A DNA stretch of 64,000 nucleotides from Actinomycetota bacterium. Lineage in GTDB: Bacteria; Actinomycetota; Actinomycetes; Nanopelagicales; Nanopelagicaceae. Made by a program: the position numbers and the translations under genes. The notes below the pieces were generated by a model. The model ran no database searches. It was given only the letters and a program-made list of their open reading frames with translations, and had not been told where the DNA came from. Every line of letters starts with the position of its first letter. Position 1 is the stretch's first letter. The stretch covers positions 27,909 to 91,908 of the forward strand of contig WLPT01000001.1 of NCBI GenBank assembly GCA_009698675.1, written 5' to 3'. This document shows positions 1 to 7,731 of this stretch, in pieces.

Positions 1-219
1 ATCTAAATAGCGACGAGTCTTTGGAGCGCCCTCTGATTTAGTAACACCAGATTTTGATATCGCTGTGACACCTTTACGGGCATTCTTCTGAGCAGTTGTG
101 TGGCGGGCCTTCGGATCGGCGGCCTTAAACTCAGCGGCCTTCTTGGTGCGCTTTGGCTTACCAACTGATGCTGCGCGACGAGCTTTTCCGGGCGCGGGAG
201 TACGTGGTTGTAGAGACAT
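1..219 (-). CDS. 5' part of a gene running off the left edge; basic K/R/A-rich N-terminus (possibly a DEAD-box RNA helicase N-terminal extension)
   Basis: Open frame from ATG at 219 to window edge: MSLQPRTPAPGKARRAASVGKPKRTKKAAEFKAADPKARHTTAQKNARKG...; not in the ORF track because it is truncated. Product is a guess; no catalytic motif is inside the window. Confidence 0.55.
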   Translation of the reverse strand, partial: MSLQPRTPAPGKARRAASVGKPKRTKKAAEFKAADPKARHTTAQKNARKGVTAISKSGVTKSEGAPKTRRYLD

Positions 220-367
220 AGAAATGCATACCAATCGAGACGACAAGCGCGTCTCGGGTTTGACTGGCAGTTGCCGTCAGGGTCGTAATAAGACTCGCAA
301 GTAGCGCTGCATCTGCGGCGCTTGGGGGGAAGTTCTTTGATGCGGTTGCATCAACGGCCAAATTCTA
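220..367 (-). promoter_or_regulatory. -10 element (TAGAAT, 362-367) and ~135-nt multi-hairpin 5' leader
   Basis: Stems at 337-354, 303-322, 261-279 and 236-256 read by eye. Confidence 0.45.
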
Positions 368-377
368 CCGTGGATTA

Positions 378-695
378 TTACTGCTCTTTACCATCGGACT
401 CTGCCGCTAATTTTTCAAGATCTGGTCGAGGAATCTGCGGAATATCGCCCCGTGAAAGCCGACGCCACAGATAAAAAGATACTCCTGCAAAAAACGGCCA
501 CTCAAATGTATAGACCCATGCTCGCCAGTTTCCGCTTTGTGCTCTGTGATACTCGAACCAGCCAGCCCAGAGGCAAAAAGGCACAACAATAAAAAGTGAG
601 AAATTCAAGATGCGTTTTTGTTTATGTGTGACTGGTGGAGTGGCCGAGTCATTATTGACCCACTCGGGTGCTTGAAACTCCGGTTTATCTGTCAT
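378..695 (-). CDS. small two-TM actinobacterial membrane protein, coupled to ctaG
   Basis: Two hydrophobic segments, WFEYHRA..GNWRAWVYTFEWPFFA motif; 11-bp overlap with ctaG. Confidence 0.75.
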   Translation of the reverse strand: MTDKPEFQAPEWVNNDSATPPVTHKQKRILNFSLFIVVPFCLWAGWFEYHRAQSGNWRAWVYTFEWPFFAGVSFYLWRRLSRGDIPQIPRPDLEKLAAESDGKEQ

Positions 696-1452
696 TATTC
701 GCAGCTATCTCAACATCGATGTCACGTGATTTTTGTTCTTCAGATTTAATCCAATGGTAAACAGCAAATGACATCCAAACCGTATCAATGATCATTGCCC
801 CAGCCCACATGAATGAACCACCTTGGCGTTGGTCATTGAGCGAATACATATTGTGATAGATAGAGCCTGGAGCGGTGTAAATAAAGAAGCCCGTCAACGT
901 TTCAGGCACCATCATAAGAAAGAGTGAGATCACTGCCATTGCAGGAGAGATGCGCCGGTTAACTAAATTACGGTCTAGCAAGTTGAAGTAAAAGAAGTAA
1001 GGTAAAAGTAAATAGAGCGGAACTTCAAGAAAGGTATGCGCCCATGGATTATCCATAATGAACTTGTGAGGGACAGGTAAATGCACACCAATCATCAGCG
1101 AGGCATACGTCAGCCAACTAAAAGCGGGATGAGTTACTGCCTTAAATAAATAGTGTGTTGGGTGAAAACTATTAGGTGTTCCAAGGACTAAGAGTGGCCC
1201 GGTCAGCATCATTAACGTGATGTGTTGGACCATGTGCAGTGAGAAGTAGTCCATAGTTTGGGCACCGATTGGTGTGACAATTACTGCGAGTGCACTCAGA
1301 ATTCCTGAATAAAAAAAGATCCTTTGCCGCAGGGATACCGAATTACTCGGCAAGCGCCAGTAGAGATATGTAATAAGGGCAATGGGCAGGAGAATCTCCG
1401 GGGCCAGCTGCCAAGAGCCCCAGACCCCGACATCATGATGATGCATCTCCAT
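685..1452 (-). CDS. ctaG: cytochrome c oxidase assembly factor, Caa3_CtaG family
   Basis: HMVQH..LMM..GPLLVLG and DQ..GG..MW motifs, multi-TM. Confidence 0.85.
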   Translation of the reverse strand: MEMHHHDVGVWGSWQLAPEILLPIALITYLYWRLPSNSVSLRQRIFFYSGILSALAVIVTPIGAQTMDYFSLHMVQHITLMMLTGPLLVLGTPNSFHPTHYLFKAVTHPAFSWLTYASLMIGVHLPVPHKFIMDNPWAHTFLEVPLYLLLPYFFYFNLLDRNLVNRRISPAMAVISLFLMMVPETLTGFFIYTAPGSIYHNMYSLNDQRQGGSFMWAGAMIIDTVWMSFAVYHWIKSEEQKSRDIDVEIAANNDR

Positions 1453-1543
1453 ATGGCCAGAAGGCTAACCCTCAACTACCTGTAAGTACTAGGAGTTATT
1501 CGGTAAATATCCTTGGCTTTTTCTGTAGATAGGTCTAACCTGC

Positions 1544-1559
1544 TGTGAGCGGCCTCACA
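1544..1559. promoter_or_regulatory. CRP/GlxR-type (or Rex-like) operator TGTGA-N6-TCACA
   Basis: TGTGAGCGGCCTCACA perfect match between divergent ctaG and the oxidase operon; second partial site TGTGAGTTACCTTCAT at 1566-1581. Confidence 0.65.
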
Positions 1560-1613
1560 ATTTCATGTGAGTTACCTTCATGTGCAATGAATTCCCACTC
1601 AGGAGGGGCTTGA

Positions 1614-2300
1614 ATGAATAAGCGGATATTAGGCGCGCTCGGCACGGTCATTATCGGAGCTGGCGTTATCGCCGGAATCGGGACTTACGTTGCGGCGGCA
1701 AAAAATGATTCAACGCTCTTGGTCGCAACACCCGCGGGGACAATGGATACGCCGCAAGGAAAGTTGCCTCATGCAACTCTTGCGATCTCGGTCTACCCCG
1801 ATAGCTCTGCAGGTAGCCACGGTAAAGATGGTGGCGCGCATCCTGGATATGTCACGTACGGGCCAAGCACTAACTTTGAAGTTCCCGCGCACTCAGTAAT
1901 AACAATGACCGTCACAAATTACGATGGCGGTGAAAGTTTAAATAATGATTACTTTGCGCGAGTTCGCGGAACGATTGATGGTTCGGCGATGTTAAATGGC
2001 GAGCGAATGACAAATATTTCTCCCGATGCAGTTGGCCATACTTTTACAATTCATGGACTTGCCGTCGGACAGGATGAGTTTTTTGTAAGCGTCCCTATGA
2101 AGGCAGTTGCCGAAGAGGATATGCCCGAAGAGGGATTTACAACAAAGCCCACTGTCACAACATTTACTTTTATTACCGGAGGACCTGGTGAATATATCTG
2201 GAACTGCGAATATCCATGTGGTGATGGAACAATTGCAAAATTTGGTGCAGCAATGTCAACAATGGGTTACATGTCCGGCCACTTTACGGTGAAGGGATAA
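1614..2300 (+). CDS. membrane-anchored/exported cupredoxin-fold protein
   Basis: N-terminal hydrophobic anchor; VPAHSVITMTVTNYD strand, GHTFT, and C-terminal PGEYIWNCEYPCG...AMSTMGYMSGHFTV typical of cupredoxin beta-sandwiches; RBS AGGAGG. Confidence 0.75.
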   Translation: MNKRILGALGTVIIGAGVIAGIGTYVAAAKNDSTLLVATPAGTMDTPQGKLPHATLAISVYPDSSAGSHGKDGGAHPGYVTYGPSTNFEVPAHSVITMTVTNYDGGESLNNDYFARVRGTIDGSAMLNGERMTNISPDAVGHTFTIHGLAVGQDEFFVSVPMKAVAEEDMPEEGFTTKPTVTTFTFITGGPGEYIWNCEYPCGDGTIAKFGAAMSTMGYMSGHFTVKG

Positions 2301-2306
2301 TTCGCC

Positions 2307-3077
2307 ATGACTGAATTGAAGACACCCAATGCGCCACAATGGTGGAAAAAACCAGATGTTAAGAAAACTGCGATCTTATGGGTTATCTGCACTGCAGTTA
2401 TTGGTTACATTGGAGTTGAATTTCATGTAAGAAATATTGTTAGCCCAGCATCAGAGAATATGAGTAACATAATTTCTCTGATTAGAATATTCACCTGGGC
2501 CGCTTCACCGGTTGCAGGTTTAGTTACTGCAATATGTATTACCGTCTTAACTTCTAAGCGTCACTATGGTGATAATCCACCCCCTGAGGCCGATCATGAG
2601 ATTCGAAACTCTCCACGCGCAACGGCATTGTGGCTCAGTATTTCAGGTCTTTTATGCCTCTTTGCACTCATTGGAGGTTTGATTGTTCTTGAACAAGAGA
2701 GTGAAGGTGTTCTGGATACAAGTGCAATTCAAGTCAATGTAACCGGGCAGCAATGGTTATGGAACTTTGATTATGAAAATGGTGCGCGTAGTGAAGATCT
2801 CTATCTTCCAGTCAATAAGCCAGTTGTTTTCCACATCACTAGTGTTGACGTAAAGCACTCATTCTGGGTTGTTCAAATGGGAATAAAGATGGATGCAAAT
2901 CCCGGGTACACAACCGAGACTGCGGTTACACCAGACAAAATTGGGGTATTCGATGTGCGATGCGCTGAGCTTTGTGGATTGTTACATGCATACATGCAGA
3001 CAAAAGTTCACGTAGTAAGTCAAGCAGATTATGACGCGTGGCTCATCGATCATGCAGCAATAGAGAAAGGCGCATAA
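2307..3077 (+). CDS. coxB: cytochrome c oxidase subunit II (CuA)
   Basis: Two TMs, GQQWLWNF, DVKHSF, CAELCGLLHAYM CuA motif. Confidence 0.95.
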   Translation: MTELKTPNAPQWWKKPDVKKTAILWVICTAVIGYIGVEFHVRNIVSPASENMSNIISLIRIFTWAASPVAGLVTAICITVLTSKRHYGDNPPPEADHEIRNSPRATALWLSISGLLCLFALIGGLIVLEQESEGVLDTSAIQVNVTGQQWLWNFDYENGARSEDLYLPVNKPVVFHITSVDVKHSFWVVQMGIKMDANPGYTTETAVTPDKIGVFDVRCAELCGLLHAYMQTKVHVVSQADYDAWLIDHAAIEKGA

Positions 3078-4939
3078 TGACAACCGTAATGAATGAAACA
3101 GTTGCCGCTCCAGGAAAATCGATAATCGAAAAGCTTAACGTCTTCACAGCGCTCGCGCTTGGTGTTTTAAGTGCAATCGTTGTTTGGCGTTTGTCGTTAG
3201 CTTTTCTACCTGAAGATTCTGAGGTGCGCCTATTTACTCGCGAAGATAAAATTACATTACTTTCAATGTGTGCATGGTTTGTTGGCTTCATGACAGGAAT
3301 AGGTGCCCTAGTCGGACCTTTCCGCTGGTTAATGGGTAAAGATTTGTCTCACGATGAAAATATGTTTTTGGCCGGAAAAGATATGGGCCCAAAGCGATAC
3401 CTGCGTTATACAACCGATCACAAAGTTGTAGGAATTCAATATCTTTTCATTACGATTTTGATTTTCTTCCTTGGCGGCGGACTTGCGATGTTAATTCGCA
3501 CAAACCTTGGAACCCCAGAAGGTGGTTGGCTTCACGCACAGGCATATAACTCAATTGTCGGAACCCATGGAATTTTAATGATAGTCGGCACCATCATTAT
3601 GGTCACAGGACCTTTTGGTAACTTCATCATGCCAATCATGATCGGTGCGCGGGATATGGCATTTCCACGGTTAAATGCACTGAGTTTCTGGCTGATTGTC
3701 GCTGCTGCAGTGCCATTGCTTTGGGGACAGTTCTTAGGTGGAATCACCACTGGTTGGTCTGCCTATAACCCTTTAGCTAGCCAAGCCCCGCTGGGCATGG
3801 ATGGTTACATTATGTATATCTGCATATTTGCAATCTCTACAATGGTTGCAGGAGCAAACATCACAACAACAGTTGTGAAGATGCGCGCTAAGGGTATGAC
3901 CTGGAACCGTACGCCAATCTTTATCTACGGAACTGTTGCATCAGTAGCACTCGCGCTACCTGCATTCCCAGTCTTCTTCTTATCCCAAGTGCTTTCAGCC
4001 TTTGATCGCGCTCTCGATACTTCTTTCTACAACACAGCAGGCGGCGGTAGTGGATGGCTCTATGAAAACCTATTCTGGCTTATGGGCCACCCTGAAGTTT
4101 ATGTAATTCTAATTCCCTCAATTGCTGCATTAATGGAAATGGCGCCTGTATTTACGCGGCGACCTCTATTTTCATTTAACGTTGCAGTAATGGGAATCGC
4201 TGGAATCTCAGGATTATCAGTTCTCGTTTGGGCTCACCACATGTACATCTCAGGTTGGGCTCCGCTACTGAATGCACCATTTATGTTGACAACCGAGCTC
4301 ATTTCGATTCCAACTGGAATGTTGTTCTTGGTATTAGTCGGAACACTTTGGCGAGGTCGTCTGTGGATGACGGTGCCACTGATGTCGATCTTTGCACTTC
4401 TATGGAACTTCATGATTGGCGGAGTCACTGGAATCTATCTTTCAGATGTACCCGCAGATGCTTTCTTGCACGGCTCTATGTACGTGACCGCACACTTCCA
4501 TTACACATTAATGGGTGCTGGTTTAACCGGAGCATTGGCAGCACTTGTGTACTGGTTCCCTAAGATGACAGGCCGGATGTTTGATAAAACCCTTAGCTGG
4601 GTAGCGTTTTGGCTGGTTCAAATCGGATTCAATATCGCATTCGTGGGAATGTTTATGGTCGGCTTAGCTGGTCAGCCTCGTCGAGTCGAATCATATGCAC
4701 CAACTTTTAACACTGCGAATATGGTGACAACGGGCGGTGCTTACATGATTATGGCGGGCATGTTGGTACTTCTATATGGCGTAATCTCTTCGGCACGTAG
4801 CGGAGTGAAAGCACCGATGAATCCTTGGCAAGCTAAGACTTTGGAGTGGACTGTTGCATATCCAATCCCGCTTGAAAACTTTGATGTACTTCCAACAGTA
4901 AGTTCAGATCCATATGGTTATGGAAAGGCACAATCATGA
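3077..4939 (+). CDS. coxA: heme-copper oxidase subunit I, family A, with N-terminal 2-TM extension
   Basis: TDHK, THG, DMAFPRLN, GHPEVY, WAHHM, AHFHY, PRR motifs; start set at the TAATG overlap with coxB. Confidence 0.95.
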   Translation: MTTVMNETVAAPGKSIIEKLNVFTALALGVLSAIVVWRLSLAFLPEDSEVRLFTREDKITLLSMCAWFVGFMTGIGALVGPFRWLMGKDLSHDENMFLAGKDMGPKRYLRYTTDHKVVGIQYLFITILIFFLGGGLAMLIRTNLGTPEGGWLHAQAYNSIVGTHGILMIVGTIIMVTGPFGNFIMPIMIGARDMAFPRLNALSFWLIVAAAVPLLWGQFLGGITTGWSAYNPLASQAPLGMDGYIMYICIFAISTMVAGANITTTVVKMRAKGMTWNRTPIFIYGTVASVALALPAFPVFFLSQVLSAFDRALDTSFYNTAGGGSGWLYENLFWLMGHPEVYVILIPSIAALMEMAPVFTRRPLFSFNVAVMGIAGISGLSVLVWAHHMYISGWAPLLNAPFMLTTELISIPTGMLFLVLVGTLWRGRLWMTVPLMSIFALLWNFMIGGVTGIYLSDVPADAFLHGSMYVTAHFHYTLMGAGLTGALAALVYWFPKMTGRMFDKTLSWVAFWLVQIGFNIAFVGMFMVGLAGQPRRVESYAPTFNTANMVTTGGAYMIMAGMLVLLYGVISSARSGVKAPMNPWQAKTLEWTVAYPIPLENFDVLPTVSSDPYGYGKAQS

Positions 4940-5538
4940 GCGTCGAGACACATGCACACCACGAACATCCCGATGTAGTTGGCAGTCGCAATCGACTAGG
5001 AGTAATTCTTTTACTTGTCGCCGATATAGCTTTTGCTTTGAGCATGATGTTTGTCTATTTCTATCTGCGTGGGCAAAATGTCAATGATATGTGGCTTCCA
5101 AAGGCAACTGCAGATCACCCTGCAATCACTCCTTTATCGTCGAGTCCAGGTTGGACAGTTACTGCAATTGCAGCCTTTGGGCTTCTTGCGCACTTCTATG
5201 CGCTTAAAGGTGTACGTGCCGGAAATCAAACTCAACTCAAACTAGGCTCCCTTGTCGCGTTTGTAGCATCGGTTGTAGCAATTGCATATCAGTTCAATAC
5301 GATTGCAACTGCTCCATTTACATTCACTGACGGTGCATACGTTTCATGTTTCTATATGTTTACTATTTTAAACTTTGTGCACTTAGCGCTTACCGTTTTT
5401 ATCTCACTCGGCAACTGGAATCGTGCTCGACTTGGCCTGTACATCAACGATCATTGGCACGTCGACATCGTTCGTATTTGGTGGGTATGGATGGCTGTGT
5501 CATCATTACTCGGTGCATTCGCCCTCAGTTACCCATAA
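4936..5538 (+). CDS. coxC: cytochrome c oxidase subunit III (short, 5-TM)
   Basis: ATGA overlap with coxA; GAYVSCFY..T..N.VH pattern of Cox3; operon position. Confidence 0.8.
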   Translation: MSVETHAHHEHPDVVGSRNRLGVILLLVADIAFALSMMFVYFYLRGQNVNDMWLPKATADHPAITPLSSSPGWTVTAIAAFGLLAHFYALKGVRAGNQTQLKLGSLVAFVASVVAIAYQFNTIATAPFTFTDGAYVSCFYMFTILNFVHLALTVFISLGNWNRARLGLYINDHWHVDIVRIWWVWMAVSSLLGAFALSYP

Positions 5539-6427
5539 ACCTAGCTCTAGCTGGATCGGCCTCTACATCGCATTAGGCGTTGTTTGGGGCTGTTCCTTTA
5601 TATTCATCAAGTTAGGTCTTGAATTCTTAACCCCTATTGGCGTCGCCTTTGGACGTGTATCGATGGGCGCGCTCACGCTTGTTTTTTGGGCACGCTTTAA
5701 GAAGATACAACTTCCGACCGATAGAAAGATTTGGCTACATCTTTGGGTTGTCTCACTTTTGCTCAATGTTATCCCTGGTGTCCTCTTCGCTGTTGCTGAA
5801 ACCGAAGTGACATCGATTTTGGCAGGAATAATCAACGCTGTGACCCCATTGATGACATTACTTGCAATCATGATTGCATTTCGTGAAGAGAGGCCCAAAA
5901 ACTACCAAGTGCTTGGTTTGGTTCTAGGTTTTCTCGGAGTCTTGACGGTCTTAGGTGTTTGGCAGGGACTTGGAGATAACCCCATTGGGGCAGTACTTGC
6001 ACTACTACTTGCCGTCACGTGTTACGGATTTTCGTTTCCATATTCTCGCAAATTTATTTTGCCAAAAAAACTTCAACCTGAAGCCTTGGCGGCAGTACAA
6101 GTTTCAACTGGGGCTATAACACTCTTACCTTTTTATTTGATTGATGGAATTGCTAAAGATGAGTATCGACCAGGACCTGTTATGGCAATGATTGCACTGG
6201 GTGTATTCGGTAGCGGTTTTGCATACATCTGGAACTTCAAAATTATGGAGGCCGCCGGAAGTGCAATCGCTAGCACTGTTACATATGTGACTCCAGTAGT
6301 TGCGGTGATTGTGGGAATTCTTTTTCTTGGCGAAAACGTCTCATGGTATGAACCCGTTGGCGCTTTAATTGTTTTGATAGGAGCTGCTATCGGACAACAA
6401 CGAATAAAACTATTTAGTCGATCGTAA
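5513..6427 (+). CDS. EamA/DMT family transporter
   Basis: VVWGCSFIFIK...10 TM; start uncertain (GTG 5513 inside the coxC 3' end). Confidence 0.88.
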   Translation: MHSPSVTHKPSSSWIGLYIALGVVWGCSFIFIKLGLEFLTPIGVAFGRVSMGALTLVFWARFKKIQLPTDRKIWLHLWVVSLLLNVIPGVLFAVAETEVTSILAGIINAVTPLMTLLAIMIAFREERPKNYQVLGLVLGFLGVLTVLGVWQGLGDNPIGAVLALLLAVTCYGFSFPYSRKFILPKKLQPEALAAVQVSTGAITLLPFYLIDGIAKDEYRPGPVMAMIALGVFGSGFAYIWNFKIMEAAGSAIASTVTYVTPVVAVIVGILFLGENVSWYEPVGALIVLIGAAIGQQRIKLFSRS

Positions 6428-7595
6428 AACCATTCTTAATCGGTCCGAGGTCAATGCCTGCTGCAGTGTGATTACTCTCTTCACCACGAGCTAACTGAGC
6501 GGCGTGGGCTTTGTTATGCCAGCGCTCCTCAATTTTTCCATATTTCCACAGTAATAATGCAACGGTCCATACAATAGCGAAGGCACCAACAATAAAGTAT
6601 CCAGCGCTATTTAAATTGAAGGCTAATGCGTAGTCCCAAAAGCCACCCGTGAGATTGAGTTGACGTGCAAAGACTTGGCAGAGCTCGAGTCCACCAACAA
6701 AGAATGCAACTGATACTGAAAGACCGGTAATGATGATGTTGTAGTAAACCTTGCGGACGGGTTTTGAAAAGGCCCAGCCGTAAGCAAAGTTCATAAATGA
6801 ACCATCGATGGTATCCAGCAAACTCATTCCACCGGCAAAGAAAAGTGGTAACGAGATAATCGCCCACCATGGTAATCCTGCAATCACTGATGATCCGGCT
6901 AGAACAAGTAATCCGATCTCGGTCGCAGTATCAAAGCCAAGCCCAAAGAGGATGCCGAGAGGATACATTTTCCATGATGCATCAATTCGACGAGCTATCG
7001 GCCCAAAGAAGCGCATCAATAATCCACGTGAGTCTAGGTGTTTTTCTAACTCTTCTTCGTTGTAGGCACCTTTACGCATTTTAATAAAGACATTTACTAT
7101 CGAAACTAAAATAATAAAATTTAGAATCGCGATGAGCATGAGGAAAACACCGCTTACGGTCGTGCCAACTAAACCTGTGTAATGGTGAAGCGTGGAGTTG
7201 TCATCTTTTAGCTGAGAGCCCAGCGCTTTGATTCCAAAGTTAAGCAACATGGCTAATACGAATACGACGGAGGAGTGACCCAGAGAGAAAAAGAAGCCAA
7301 CGGCAAGTGGACGTTTTCCTTCGGACATTAATTTTCTCGTTGTATTATCAATCGCGCTGATGTGATCGGCATCAAATGCGTGGCGCATGCCCAAGGTGTA
7401 AGCAAGTGCTGCAGTGCCCCAGCCAAAGAGCGAACCATCACTGAGTACGTAGTTGCCGGTCGTGGCCTTCCACATCAGCAAGGCCCCAGAAACATGGAGA
7501 AAGAGGATGAAGCCAAACATCGCTGCCATCCGGCGCCATTCGTCGGGGTTTAAGCGCTGAGCAAGGGGCGTAGACGGCTTAACAACGACATTCAT
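6414..7595 (-). CDS. HoxN/HupN/NixA (NiCoT) nickel/cobalt permease
   Basis: GMRHAFDADHISAID signature, FFSLGHSS, GLGFDTATE. Confidence 0.95.
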   Translation of the reverse strand: MNVVVKPSTPLAQRLNPDEWRRMAAMFGFILFLHVSGALLMWKATTGNYVLSDGSLFGWGTAALAYTLGMRHAFDADHISAIDNTTRKLMSEGKRPLAVGFFFSLGHSSVVFVLAMLLNFGIKALGSQLKDDNSTLHHYTGLVGTTVSGVFLMLIAILNFIILVSIVNVFIKMRKGAYNEEELEKHLDSRGLLMRFFGPIARRIDASWKMYPLGILFGLGFDTATEIGLLVLAGSSVIAGLPWWAIISLPLFFAGGMSLLDTIDGSFMNFAYGWAFSKPVRKVYYNIIITGLSVSVAFFVGGLELCQVFARQLNLTGGFWDYALAFNLNSAGYFIVGAFAIVWTVALLLWKYGKIEERWHNKAHAAQLARGEESNHTAAGIDLGPIKNGFTID

Positions 7596-7612
7596 ACCCA
7601 CCCCCTCCTAGA

Positions 7613-7627
7613 TGCAAATGGTTTGCA
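7613..7627. promoter_or_regulatory. Nur-like (Fur-family) box TGCAA-N5-TTGCA
   Basis: TGCAAATGGTTTGCA between the -10 (TAGGCT, minus strand 7635-7640) and the RBS of the NiCoT gene. Confidence 0.6.
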
Positions 7628-7731
7628 GGAAGAAAGCCTAAGGCAGGTTCAATCCTCTGTCTATTTGAACCGCATCCTAGGGTTTTGCGTATAGAGTCGC
7701 GTCAAGAGTTTGCACAGGAAGGGCGGTCTGC

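Noticed and set aside
158-361. 67-aa minus ORF and overlapping 98..304 plus ORF
   Set aside because: Both overlap the better frame starting at 219 and its structured leader; no recognisable motifs.
5423-5512. N-terminal extension of the EamA ORF
   Set aside because: Lies deep inside coxC and is not EamA-like; artefact of longest-ORF calling.
7596-7731. Cobalamin or NiCo riboswitch before the NiCoT gene
   Set aside because: Predicted leader is only ~30 nt and no B12-box or NiCo junction is visible.
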